28,349 nucleotides of DNA from Candidatus Iainarchaeum sp. (GTDB lineage Archaea > Iainarchaeota > Iainarchaeia > Iainarchaeales > JAZDDZ01). Where the stretch lies: the NCBI GenBank assembly GCA_043809245.1, contig JAZDDZ010000029.1:1-28349 (forward strand). Reading direction: 5' to 3'. The notes under the pieces were generated by a model that had not been told where the DNA came from, made no database searches, and saw nothing but the letters and a program-made list of their open reading frames with translations. Made by a program: the position numbers and the translations under genes. Below are positions 16,191-25,177 of the stretch, piece by piece; the stretch's first letter is position 1, and each line of letters starts with the position of its first letter.

Positions 16191-16546
16191 TCAACCAACT
16201 CCTTGGCGTCTCCCAATGTTTCTTCAGCAATAGCCTTGTCATAGCCTTTTGCAGGCACATCGCCCGCAGCATCGGGGTAACGGCTGATAACAAAATCGCG
16301 GGACAGCTTTCTTGCCTTAGTCAATAACTCTTTAGGCAGGCCGATAAGTTCGCCTAATTCACGCAGGTTATGAATGTTAGGGGGCAAATTTTTGGTTTTT
16401 GCCATATAAACCGCTTTCATCATTTTTTCAACCGCCTGCTGGCACAAAAAAGCGCAAACATAGTAAATATCCAGCTTAAAAATTTTTTGAGCCGACTCCA
16501 AGTCAATTTCAGCCTGCTGGACCCAAACATCAATTTCACGCCTCAT
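16166..16546 (-). CDS. HEPN domain protein of a HEPN-MNT module
   Basis: W..QAE.DL..A, CAFLCQQAVEKMMKA, IHNL..L, SRYPD; overlaps the MNT start. Confidence 0.9.
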   Translation of the reverse strand: MRREIDVWVQQAEIDLESAQKIFKLDIYYVCAFLCQQAVEKMMKAVYMAKTKNLPPNIHNLRELGELIGLPKELLTKARKLSRDFVISRYPDAAGDVPAKGYDKAIAEETLGDAKELVEWLEKQLK

Positions 16547-16603
16547 ACAAAAAAAAGAAGCCGAAAAAGAGTTAAAAAGAGGTTCTTTGCTTAATCAATT
16601 AAT

Positions 16604-18865
16604 ATGGAAAAAAAATTTATCTCACACCCTCTGCTGAAGGAAGATGTGGTCGAAAGCCGCCTCTTCCAGGAGGTTTTGGCTGCACGCGTGCTCGATAAAG
16701 GCAATTCTCTTGTAGTTGCCCCAACGGCTTTGGGCAAAACAGTTGTTGCAGCGCTTGTCTCCGCGGACTTATTGCACAAATTCCCGGAAAAAAAAGTGTT
16801 GTTCCTTGCGCCCACAAAGCCTTTGGCAGTGCAGCACCAGAAATCATTCAGGAAATTCCTCAAAATAGAGCCTGAAAGGATTTCCCTCCTAACCGGAACT
16901 GTTCCGCAAAAGCAAAGGGAAGCTGTATGGCGGGAAAGCGCAGTCATTTGCGCAACACCGCAAACCATTGAAAACGACCTAGTGAGCGGGAGGATTCAGC
17001 TGAAAGACGTTTCCTTAACGATTTTTGACGAAGCCCATCGAGCAGTCGGCGATTACAGTTATGTTTTCATTGCGAAAATGCTCGCAAAGCAAAACCCCGA
17101 GCACCTGATACTTGCGCTCACCGCTTCCCCTGGAAGCGAAGAGGAAGGAATTCAGGACGTGTGCAAAAACCTGTTCATCAAAAACATCGAGGTCAAAACA
17201 CCCAAAGACGAGGACGTAGAGCCTTACACTCATGAAATTGAATTGCGATGGCAGATGCTGGACCTTCCACCTGAATTCCTTGAAATCAAAAAGCACTTTG
17301 AACGCTACATGAAGGAACAGCTTGAGGCACTGAAAAAAATGGGCTGCGCGAAAACCTCTAACGTGAGGTATTACTCGCAGCGAAGGCTATTAGAGCTGCA
17401 GTCAGACATCAGGCGAAGGATTATCTCGCATGGAAAAACCCAGCCCTCGCTTTTCGCTGCATCCTCGCGCGCAGCAGCGCTGATGAAAATAGCTCACGCG
17501 CACTTATTGCTTGAAACGCAGGGAACAGCAGCGGTAAAGGATTACTTTGACAAGATGAAAGTCAAGGCAACGCATTCAGGTGCCTCAAAGGCATTGAAGT
17601 CATTGCTCAAGGATGAAAGCATAATGAAAGCGTTCACTGCAAACGAAAGATTGTTCAACGAAGGCTTGATGCACCCAAAGTTGGCGAAACTTTCACAGAT
17701 TTTGAAATCGCAGTTCAAGGAGCACCCTGAATCGCGTGTGCTTGTCTTCAACCACTACCGCGACTCCATTAACTCTCTTGAAAGGTATTTGAAACAATTT
17801 CCAGAGTTGAAGGTGAAAAGGTTTGTCGGGCAGGCAACAAAGGAAAAGGACAAGGGAATGAGCCAGAAAGAACAGATTTCCGTAATACGCGATTTTGAAG
17901 CAGGCGAATATAACACGCTTCTATGCTCTTCGGTTGCAGAGGAAGGCCTTGACATTCCTGCAGTTGACTTGGTGGTTTTCTTTGAGCCGGTTCCGTCTGA
18001 GATTCGTTCAATTCAGCGCAGGGGCAGGACTGGAAGGTTTGGAAAAGGAAAGGTAATTGTTTTGATGGCAAAGAACACAAGGGATGAGGCTTTTTATTGG
18101 AGCAGCATTGCGAAAGAAAAAAGAATGCATGAAACCCTGAAAACGCTTCGCAAAGAGGTTACGCCAGTGCTCCAGCAGCAGGCAACGCTTTCCGAATTCG
18201 TTGAGGCAAAGGACTCAGTGCTGATTTATGCTGATTCAAGGGAACAGGCTTCTCCTGTCACAAGGCTTTTGCAGGAAAAGGACGCGCTTGTGAAGGTTAG
18301 GCAGTTGGAAGTCGGGGACTTTGTTTTAAGCGACGACATTGTTGTTGAAAGGAAAACAATTGACGACTTCCTTTCCTCACTGCTTGACGGCCGCCTGTTC
18401 CAGCAATTGGTGAAAATGGCTGAAAACTATTCCGCGCCCCTTGTCTTGGTTGAGGGAAAGCGCGAGGAAATGTTTTCTTTGCGTAACGTGCATCGCAACG
18501 CAATCATCGGCGCCCTGACATCCATTGCATGCAATTACCGCATTCCAGTGCTTTTCACTGACAACGCAGAGGAAACAGCTGAATACCTTTTCTTAACAGC
18601 GAAACGCGAGCAGTTAGGCAAGGGAAAGGGCATTCGCCTGCGCTTGGGCAGAAAGGGCTTGACGCTTGCAGAGCAACAGCAGTTTTTAATTGAAGGCCTC
18701 CCATCCGTTGGCCCCACGCTTGCAAAAAATTTATTGAAACAATTCGGCAGCGTAAAAAAACTATTCAACGCCTCAGAAGAACGATTGCAGAAAGCCGAAG
18801 GCATCGGCGAAAAAAAAGCAAAAGAAATCAGGAAACTGCTGGAAAGCGAGTTTAAAGATGAATAA
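16604..18865 (+). CDS. hef: Hef: ERCC4-like SF2 helicase fused to XPF nuclease
   Basis: PTALGKT, DEAH, TAS, QRRGRTGR, nuclease GDF...VERKT, C-terminal HhH motifs. Confidence 0.95.
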   Translation: MEKKFISHPLLKEDVVESRLFQEVLAARVLDKGNSLVVAPTALGKTVVAALVSADLLHKFPEKKVLFLAPTKPLAVQHQKSFRKFLKIEPERISLLTGTVPQKQREAVWRESAVICATPQTIENDLVSGRIQLKDVSLTIFDEAHRAVGDYSYVFIAKMLAKQNPEHLILALTASPGSEEEGIQDVCKNLFIKNIEVKTPKDEDVEPYTHEIELRWQMLDLPPEFLEIKKHFERYMKEQLEALKKMGCAKTSNVRYYSQRRLLELQSDIRRRIISHGKTQPSLFAASSRAAALMKIAHAHLLLETQGTAAVKDYFDKMKVKATHSGASKALKSLLKDESIMKAFTANERLFNEGLMHPKLAKLSQILKSQFKEHPESRVLVFNHYRDSINSLERYLKQFPELKVKRFVGQATKEKDKGMSQKEQISVIRDFEAGEYNTLLCSSVAEEGLDIPAVDLVVFFEPVPSEIRSIQRRGRTGRFGKGKVIVLMAKNTRDEAFYWSSIAKEKRMHETLKTLRKEVTPVLQQQATLSEFVEAKDSVLIYADSREQASPVTRLLQEKDALVKVRQLEVGDFVLSDDIVVERKTIDDFLSSLLDGRLFQQLVKMAENYSAPLVLVEGKREEMFSLRNVHRNAIIGALTSIACNYRIPVLFTDNAEETAEYLFLTAKREQLGKGKGIRLRLGRKGLTLAEQQQFLIEGLPSVGPTLAKNLLKQFGSVKKLFNASEERLQKAEGIGEKKAKEIRKLLESEFKDE

Positions 18866-18869
18866 TTGT

Positions 18870-19298
18870 TCAATAATGCCTTGAAAGCCACACTACTGCT
18901 TTAAATGCAGGGCTCCCTGGCTTTAGCCTCTGTCCTTTGCTATTATATGCCGCCAAAACACATCCCTCAGTATTCCTTAGAATATATGGCTTTCCAGGAG
19001 GGCGGGGATTTCCTTGCATAACTTCCAGCACAGGCCTTTCAGTTCCGGCATTTCTCTTTAATCGTTCAATAAATATAAGTTCCGCCTTTATAGTTGGCTC
19101 ACCAACAGGAAAAATGTATTTGCTTCTAGAAGCGATTGCTTTAGGCATGCTATTCACTTGTCTTAAAATATATCTCCTAACGGCATATTTAAAGGTTCTT
19201 GGCGTGAGCTTTGCTCTTAAATTGCGGTTTGCTCTTAAATTCAAACCATTGAACCTAAATTTAATCCTTTTTGAGTTAAAAATAAAATTCCATCCCAC
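18870..19298 (-). CDS. Basic hypothetical protein (alternative start MPKAIASRSK at 19148)
   Basis: Open frame, stop 4 nt from the convergent hef stop; GTGA SD-like site before ATG 19148. Confidence 0.5.
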   Translation of the reverse strand: MGWNFIFNSKRIKFRFNGLNLRANRNLRAKLTPRTFKYAVRRYILRQVNSMPKAIASRSKYIFPVGEPTIKAELIFIERLKRNAGTERPVLEVMQGNPRPPGKPYILRNTEGCVLAAYNSKGQRLKPGSPAFKAVVWLSRHY

Positions 19299-19408
19299 TT
19301 AAAGTTTGGAAGGAAAAAAATTAATTTACGAAATGTTTGGATTGGTAATAGAAGCGAAGTTTTAATCTTAGTTCTTAGCCCCCTAGCCAAAATTCGTTAC
19401 GAACTTGT

Positions 19409-19711
19409 TTATTCCGTTCCATATACCTGTTTATGGTTACATACTTTGTGTAAAATAATACTTGACTCAACATTACCCCTTGTAATGCTAAAAAGTATTC
19501 TATTTGCACAATGCCTTAGTTCATATGCTCTAAACCCTTTAAGAGGCCCCCCTTTTTTAGAGCCTAATTTTTCTGGTTGTTCTGCATTTCTAAGTGTTAA
19601 TAGTGCTTCATTTACCTCTTTAATTATATATTTGGGCTGCTTTTTCTTTTTCTTATATAATTTATCAAATGTGTGTGTTCGTATTATAGTATTGGTTATC
19701 TGCTCACCCAA
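19409..19711 (-). CDS. RelE/ParE-superfamily toxin (mRNA interferase-like)
   Basis: IIRT.TFDKLYKK, LG..K.G.LKG.R.YEL, RILFSI, C-terminal V.NHKQVYG. Confidence 0.75.
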   Translation of the reverse strand: MGEQITNTIIRTHTFDKLYKKKKKQPKYIIKEVNEALLTLRNAEQPEKLGSKKGGPLKGFRAYELRHCANRILFSITRGNVESSIILHKVCNHKQVYGTE

Positions 19712-20041
19712 TTACAATTCGTTTAATTGACGTAAAAATCCTTCATCGCTTTCACTTGAAGATACCACAATATATCTGCCATTTTCCAAATCTTCTATGC
19801 TATCCTGCAAATATAAAATTTCATCTTTTGTGAGTGACGGGGTATCTTTATTTTGCAATATGGGGCTAATATAGAAAATTTTAGAGCTTGGCATTAGATA
19901 AATTCTAGTTAAAGGTATTTCTTCAATATCATTAATTTCTAAGATATTAGGTTTATCGCAACTTGCAAGTGACGCTCTGTTATTTACGGGCAGACAACTG
20001 CTTGGGGGTTCATAAATTGATGGCATCATATTATCATTCAA
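19712..20041 (-). CDS. Putative acidic antitoxin
   Basis: Abuts the toxin start; C-terminal 'DSIEDLENGRY....SDEGFLRQL' resembles RelB-type antitoxin tails. Confidence 0.6.
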   Translation of the reverse strand: MNDNMMPSIYEPPSSCLPVNNRASLASCDKPNILEINDIEEIPLTRIYLMPSSKIFYISPILQNKDTPSLTKDEILYLQDSIEDLENGRYIVVSSSESDEGFLRQLNEL

Positions 20042-20318
20042 TTTCTTTAAGTTTTATTTCTCCATTATCTGCAATTTCAAGTCTCCATTTTGAACCAACT
20101 TTGTAAGGTGCCACTTTGCCGAAGTTAAAATAAAGAATCATGATATTCTCAAATACTTTTTTAGGCGGCATTGTATTGGGTGGAGTTGGAATAGATTTTC
20201 TTATTTCTGGAGTTGCATCCTTCAATTCGCCAAATTGAACCAGATATATATTTTCTCCGGTTGTTGCTTCTGTTGCACGTGATACGTTCATCACTTCAAC
20301 AGTTTTAGTTTGTGGCAT
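20034..20318 (-). CDS. Hypothetical beta-rich protein, first gene of the toxin operon
   Basis: 94-aa ORF overlapping the antitoxin start by 8 nt; C-terminal YKVGSKWRLEIADNGEIKLKE. Confidence 0.7.
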   Translation of the reverse strand: MPQTKTVEVMNVSRATEATTGENIYLVQFGELKDATPEIRKSIPTPPNTMPPKKVFENIMILYFNFGKVAPYKVGSKWRLEIADNGEIKLKEIE

Positions 20319-20425
20319 ATTACAAAAATATTAGTTAGATAGTATTTTAAAAACTGCCTTTAAATTGCCTGATTTGTTGTTTTATCGGCTATTTTGGAGC
20401 TATTTAAGAGCAAAATCATAGGCGT

Positions 20426-20449
20426 GAAAAAAAGAAAAAGAAAGGGGAA
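20426..20449 (-). terminator. U-rich archaeal terminator after the metalloprotease gene
   Basis: Minus strand reads a pyrimidine/U tract (CCCCUUUCUUUUUCUUUUUUU) right after the stop at 20450. Confidence 0.55.
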
Positions 20450-21172
20450 TCAGCCGTAAAGGCTTGTGATTCCCGCGATGTCGCCTGAGTTTAAGGCCCT
20501 TTTGTTTGTTTCGCCGTAGTCAGCGTATCCGTACATTGTTTCGTCAATGCAGGAAGTGTCATATAAATCGTTCATTCCCGCTGCGTGGCCTAACTCGTGT
20601 GTGGCAATGTTCTGCAAATCCATTACTGAAGCGCCGTTAACTGTTGAATCGCCCCAGTTGAATGAATCATTGAACAGCATGTCCCATTCCACTATTTCCC
20701 TTGTCCTGGTTTTGCCTGAAAAATAACCCCAGACAGTGGTTATGGCTATGACGCCGTTATTAGGGTAGTAGCCAAAGCTCGCTGTGTTCAGGCCGTCCGC
20801 ATAGTTTGGGAGGTACGCAATTCCGTAATCCAATGAGCCTGCGCCGAAAATGTTTCCCCCATAGGCCTCCCATTCATTTATCCCTGAATTGACAGCGGAA
20901 AAAACAAATGAGTCTGAAAGGTTTTCATCGTTTATTGGGTTCACGAGGAAAGGCTCGTTTACCTTCCATTTAGCGCCGCTTGCAAGGAAAGCATAACAGG
21001 TTGTTCCCTTAGGCGGCTTTCCAACTCCAACGGGTTTTGCGTTTTTCTTGTAGTGAATGAAAGTAACCTTTTCAAGAACCTTGTCGTCTTTTTTTTCCGC
21101 AGAAGAAAAAGCGGAAACTGCAAAAAGCAGCAAGGCTGTTGCAACTAATACGAAAATGATTTTTCTATCCAA
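20450..21172 (-). CDS. Secreted matrixin-like (M10) zinc metalloprotease
   Basis: Signal peptide; HELGHAAGMND zinc motif; Met-turn ETMY; likely TTG start at 21172 after GAGGTGA. Confidence 0.88.
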   Translation of the reverse strand: MDRKIIFVLVATALLLFAVSAFSSAEKKDDKVLEKVTFIHYKKNAKPVGVGKPPKGTTCYAFLASGAKWKVNEPFLVNPINDENLSDSFVFSAVNSGINEWEAYGGNIFGAGSLDYGIAYLPNYADGLNTASFGYYPNNGVIAITTVWGYFSGKTRTREIVEWDMLFNDSFNWGDSTVNGASVMDLQNIATHELGHAAGMNDLYDTSCIDETMYGYADYGETNKRALNSGDIAGITSLYG

Positions 21173-21234
21173 AAAACAGCTCACCTCTTATACATTAATC
21201 GGAATAAGTGAATTTAAAGCTTTTGCTTCGCTTT

Positions 21235-22641
21235 TTAGCGTATTTCCAGCGCGAAGATTTTCGCGCCGTATCCCTCGTAGACCGCGCCAATTTGAGTGCA
21301 GTTTTTTGCCTCCAAAATGCCGTATTTGAGGGAATCGCTTTGCATGAATTTTTCAGGGGCATAAAAGAAGGAAGCGCCCCATTTTTGCGCCTCTCCTATA
21401 ATTGTGTTGCAGTCGGATGACTGCATCATCGTGAAAACAGATTTGTTCCTTTCCTCTAAACCCGGCGCGAATTCAAAGTAGCCGTCAACAACAACCTTTC
21501 TTTGTGCAAAATAAGTCAAAGGATGCCCCTGGTCCCAAACCAAGGCAATTGACGCATCCGCAGGAGTGTTTTCATTCAGCCATAAAAGCGAGGATTTTTG
21601 CGCAGTGCTGACGAAATTGCCCGGGGAATAAATCGCGGGAAAAAGAGCAGCAACTGAAAGCAAAAGCAGCAAGGCAACCAAAAACTTTTCCCTGCCTTTC
21701 ACTTTCTCTGCAACAAAATCAAGCCCGAAGCCGGCGAAAATTGCCGCGGGAAGAGCGAAAAAAAGCGCCAAACGCGTTCCAACCAAGCCGAATGCAAGTG
21801 AAAAAACAAGCCATGTTTTAAGGAAAAGGTTTTCCTTCAATTTGAATAAAGCAATGATAATGAAAGGCCATGCAATCGTGAAAAAGTAAAGGATTCCAAG
21901 CAAAGAAAACGCGCTCATTTCGCTTGACTGGAAAGAAGTCGTGGAAAGGTAATCGGTTAAGGGATAGTGCTGTGATAAAAGCCACAAGCCGACAATGATT
22001 GCAATAACTGCTGCGAGTGCAACAAAGTTTTTTTCCTTAACATTCAGCCGCCTTATTTTGAAAAACAAAAACCACGCAATGATGAAAGAGAAGAGATAGA
22101 AAGAAGAGGGAACGTGAAGCACTGCCTGTGCCATTGCAAGCAAAAGCGCGGGAAAAAGCTTTTCAGTGTAAAGCAGGTAAATTACCACAGGCAGCACAAG
22201 GAGCGCAAGGCCGTCCGGCCTTGCATTGCCGGCTGTACGCAGCACAGCGAAAGACATTGTCGCAATAAAGAAAGCGGAAAACAACGCGATTTTGTCGCCG
22301 AAAAATTTTCTCGCAATGATGAAAATCGCAAGCGCAGTTATCGCGCCGTAAAATGCGGGGAAAAGCTGCACTAGCAGGATTATTGGAAGGCCTGAGAAAA
22401 GGTTCAGGAAAGCGAAGATTACGTGGAAGAGCGGCGCGTAACTGTAATAGCGGCCCTGCATTGAAAGTTTGTCATAGATGGGAACGCTTTGGCTGTTTAC
22501 AATTGTTTCACTCTGCCTTGCGTGGAAAAAGTTATCAGGGTCGGGAAAAGAGTTGGTTAAAAGGGGATTTACGCGCAAAAGGAATGCAAGCAAAACAATG
22601 AAAAGCAAAGACAATGCGATTTTTTTGTTCATTGAAATCAC
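21235..22641 (-). CDS. STT3/AglB-like GT-C membrane glycosyltransferase
   Basis: DPDNFFH, multiple TM helices, WLNENTP, WDQGH (WWDxG-like), VVVDG. Confidence 0.8.
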   Translation of the reverse strand: MISMNKKIALSLLFIVLLAFLLRVNPLLTNSFPDPDNFFHARQSETIVNSQSVPIYDKLSMQGRYYSYAPLFHVIFAFLNLFSGLPIILLVQLFPAFYGAITALAIFIIARKFFGDKIALFSAFFIATMSFAVLRTAGNARPDGLALLVLPVVIYLLYTEKLFPALLLAMAQAVLHVPSSFYLFSFIIAWFLFFKIRRLNVKEKNFVALAAVIAIIVGLWLLSQHYPLTDYLSTTSFQSSEMSAFSLLGILYFFTIAWPFIIIALFKLKENLFLKTWLVFSLAFGLVGTRLALFFALPAAIFAGFGLDFVAEKVKGREKFLVALLLLLSVAALFPAIYSPGNFVSTAQKSSLLWLNENTPADASIALVWDQGHPLTYFAQRKVVVDGYFEFAPGLEERNKSVFTMMQSSDCNTIIGEAQKWGASFFYAPEKFMQSDSLKYGILEAKNCTQIGAVYEGYGAKIFALEIR

Positions 22642-23177
22642 CCCTGCATCCCAAGCAGCGCAATCCTTTCAATGACTGCTTCGCTTAACGGATTAGCGCA
22701 GTCGTTTAGCGCGATTAATTCTTTTTCTCCGACAGAGTAAATCTTTTTCAGCGCGGCAAAGTTTTTTTCCGCGTTTTCCGCAAGCAGGCCTTTTTTTTCC
22801 GTGAAGGAAAATTCCTTTTCAAACCACGCGAGTGCTTTCTTTGAATCGCTTACAACCGCAACTTTGTTCTCCCCCTCTTTCAGAGCGAACAATTCCAGCG
22901 CTGCACTTATCTGTTTTTGAGCTGAGAGGCGTAAGAGGAATTCTAGAGGAAGGCTTTTGGAGAACGTTTCTTTTTTTTCTTGTGCTTGAAGCGCCTGCGT
23001 GAAAGCGAAGAGAAGCTGCTCTCTTGAAACAACTGGTTTCAGTGAGACGAGCTGGATGAACGCTTTTTTTTCAGGGCAGAGCATTAGCCTTTTAATTGTT
23101 GCGCCGGCATTAGATATATCTGCGATTCCCTCTTTAATGAAGATTTTTTTTGCTTTAGGGGTGCTTTTTCGCGGCAT
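22638..23177 (-). CDS. cgi121: KEOPS complex subunit Cgi121
   Basis: SKSLPLEFLLRLSAQKQISAALE..., C-terminal VIERIALL. Confidence 0.85.
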   Translation of the reverse strand: MPRKSTPKAKKIFIKEGIADISNAGATIKRLMLCPEKKAFIQLVSLKPVVSREQLLFAFTQALQAQEKKETFSKSLPLEFLLRLSAQKQISAALELFALKEGENKVAVVSDSKKALAWFEKEFSFTEKKGLLAENAEKNFAALKKIYSVGEKELIALNDCANPLSEAVIERIALLGMQG

Positions 23178-23228
23178 TTATTAGAGTGAATGCAGAACGT
23201 TTAAAAAATTGTTTTAATCGGTGAAAGA

Positions 23229-23726
23229 ATGGTTCAGTATCATTTGAAGGGCAAAAGCAAGCCCTCAGGCGGCATCAGGAGAACGCTTAGAAGGAGTGAC
23301 AAGAAGCTTGCTTGGAAGGGAGGCGAAATCGCTTCAACAAGCATTGCCCCCGAAGATGATATAAAAATAGTGAAGGTAAGGGGCAATGGAACAAAAACAA
23401 AGCTCTTAAAGGCAAAATACGCCAATGTATCAGTCGGAAAAAACAAGACTGTTAGGGCGGAGATTTTAACTGTTGCATCAAACGCAGCAAACAGGCAGTT
23501 TGCAAGAAACAATATAATAACAAAAGGCGCATTCTTAAGGATTCTTTTGGATGGAGAGAAAAGGCTTGCAAAGGCAACTTCAAGGCCAGGGCAAAGCGGA
23601 AGCATTGAAGCGGTTCTCGCAGAAGAAACCGTAATAGAAGAGAAAAAGAAGCCTAAAAGGGCTGGAAAAGCAATTAAAGTGGATAAAAAGCCAAAAGAAG
23701 CGCGAAAAGAAGCTGAAAAAGAATAA
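23229..23726 (+). CDS. rps8e: 30S ribosomal protein S8e with Lys/Glu-rich C-terminal tail
   Basis: KPSGG, VRGNG.K..L, NAANRQFARNNIITKGA, TSRPGQSG. Confidence 0.95.
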   Translation: MVQYHLKGKSKPSGGIRRTLRRSDKKLAWKGGEIASTSIAPEDDIKIVKVRGNGTKTKLLKAKYANVSVGKNKTVRAEILTVASNAANRQFARNNIITKGAFLRILLDGEKRLAKATSRPGQSGSIEAVLAEETVIEEKKKPKRAGKAIKVDKKPKEARKEAEKE

Positions 23727-23763
23727 ATTCCTATTTTTTCGTTGATAGACGGAAACATTTTTG

Positions 23764-23915
23764 CGAAAGGCTTAAATATAACTTCCGCTGCAAAGTACTA
23801 TATAGCTTGATTCTAACTTTTAACAGCCCCCAGTCGTATTGTTTGAGGTTAGAGCTTAGCGTCGTTTTATGTATACTATACAAACACATATCTTGAGGAA
23901 ATTTGAAGGTGATTA
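23764..23915 (+). promoter_or_regulatory. TFB promoter and long structured 5' UTR
   Basis: CGAAAGG-CTTAAATAT BRE/TATA at 23764-23779; hairpin 23812-23825/23840-23853; TGTATAcTATACA at 23870-23882; SD AGGTGA. Confidence 0.55.
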
Positions 23916-24827
23916 ATGATGTCTGAAGCGAAATGCCCTGAGTGCGGTAGCACTAAAATTCACAAGGATAATGAAAGGGGAGAGATTTCCTGCCAGCAGT
24001 GCGGTTTAATCCTCTCTGATGACATGGTTGATTTCGGCAAGGAGTGGAGGAGCTTTGACTCCGACCAGATGGAGGAAAGGTCAAGGACTGGTTCTCCAAT
24101 GAAATATGTTAAATTAAACAAAGGGCTTGTCACAATGATTGACAGGCGCGGAACAGACTTGAGGGGAAACAAGCTTTCAAGCAAGAGCCGCGCGCAAATG
24201 TACCGCTTAATCAAATGGCATAAAAGGGCTTCAATCAGCTCTTCAATGCAGAGAAACCTTTCAATTGCCTTAACCGAGTTAAGAAGGGTTGCCTCTTACC
24301 TGAACATTCCCGAACAGCTCATTGAGGCAGCGGCTTTGCTTTACAGGAAAACCGTTAAAAAAGGCTTAATCAGGGGAAGGTTAATTGAAGCTGTTGTTGC
24401 AGCAGTGCTTTACACTGTGTGCAGAACCTACAGTGTTCCAAGGACCTTGAATGAAATGGCTGAAGCAAGCGGCTTAACCAAAAAAGAGATTGGGAGGACG
24501 TACAGGTTCCTTGTAAGGGAACTCAAGCTTGACGTGCCTTTGACAAACCCCATTCACTACATTCCGAGGTTTGCAAGCGAATTAAACCTTAGCGGAGAAG
24601 TCCAGGAAAAGGGACGCGAGATCCTTGAAGAGGCAATCGAAAAAGGCCTTATCTCCGGAAGGGGCCCGACAGGAGTTGCAGCCGCAGCAGTGTACATCGC
24701 CGGCTTGATTAAAGGCGAGCGCAGGACACAGAAAGAGGTTGCAAACGTTGCGGGCGTAACCGAGGTCACAATAAGGAACCGCTACAGGGAACTCAAAAAA
24801 AGATTAAACATTCCGGTTGTGGCGTAA
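23916..24827 (+). CDS. tfb: Transcription initiation factor IIB
   Basis: Zn ribbon CPECG..CQQCG, EWRSF, two cyclin repeats, TEVTIRNRY. Confidence 0.97.
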   Translation: MMSEAKCPECGSTKIHKDNERGEISCQQCGLILSDDMVDFGKEWRSFDSDQMEERSRTGSPMKYVKLNKGLVTMIDRRGTDLRGNKLSSKSRAQMYRLIKWHKRASISSSMQRNLSIALTELRRVASYLNIPEQLIEAAALLYRKTVKKGLIRGRLIEAVVAAVLYTVCRTYSVPRTLNEMAEASGLTKKEIGRTYRFLVRELKLDVPLTNPIHYIPRFASELNLSGEVQEKGREILEEAIEKGLISGRGPTGVAAAAVYIAGLIKGERRTQKEVANVAGVTEVTIRNRYRELKKRLNIPVVA

Positions 24828-24837
24828 AAGCCGCAAC

Positions 24838-24888
24838 TGTTTTTTTCCTTTTTTCTTTTCTCTTTTTTCTTCTTTTTCTGTTTTTTTA
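24838..24888 (+). terminator. Long oligo-T terminator after tfb
   Basis: About 50 nt of T-runs directly after the stop. Confidence 0.7.
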
Positions 24889-24939
24889 CTGCCTAGCGAA
24901 TGTTTTTTATTCAGTTGAGTGCTTATAACAGTGGTGAAA

Positions 24940-25159
24940 ATGCATAGAAAGAAGGTTTAAGATTGCAATTGAGAAAGGGCTTGACGGCTATTTTGTCGGC
25001 GAAGTTTTGGGTTTGCCCGGCTGCTATTCTCAAGGAAAAACTGTGAAGGAATTGCTGGCTAACATGAAGGAAGCAATTGAGGTTTACTATGAATCTTTTC
25101 GCTTTTTAAATTCTTATCCTTCTAAAATTCCATTATTTAAACCTTTTGCAGTTATATAA
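24940..25159 (+). pseudogene. Frameshifted orphan HicB-family (UPF0150) antitoxin
   Basis: Frame from 24941 encodes FKIAIEKGLDGYFVGEVLGLPGCYSQGKTVKELLANMKEAIEVY; the ATG at 24940 after GGTGA is out of frame by one base. Confidence 0.8.
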
Positions 25160-25177
25160 TCTATTTAGTGTTGTTTG

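Noticed and set aside
23625-23726. Lys/Glu-rich tail of S8e as a separate domain
   Set aside because: Low-complexity charged extensions are common on archaeal ribosomal proteins; no additional signal.
23727-23915. SRP (7S) RNA, often near rps8e
   Set aside because: The spacer is under 200 nt, AT-rich and lacks recognisable SRP helix 6/8 motifs.
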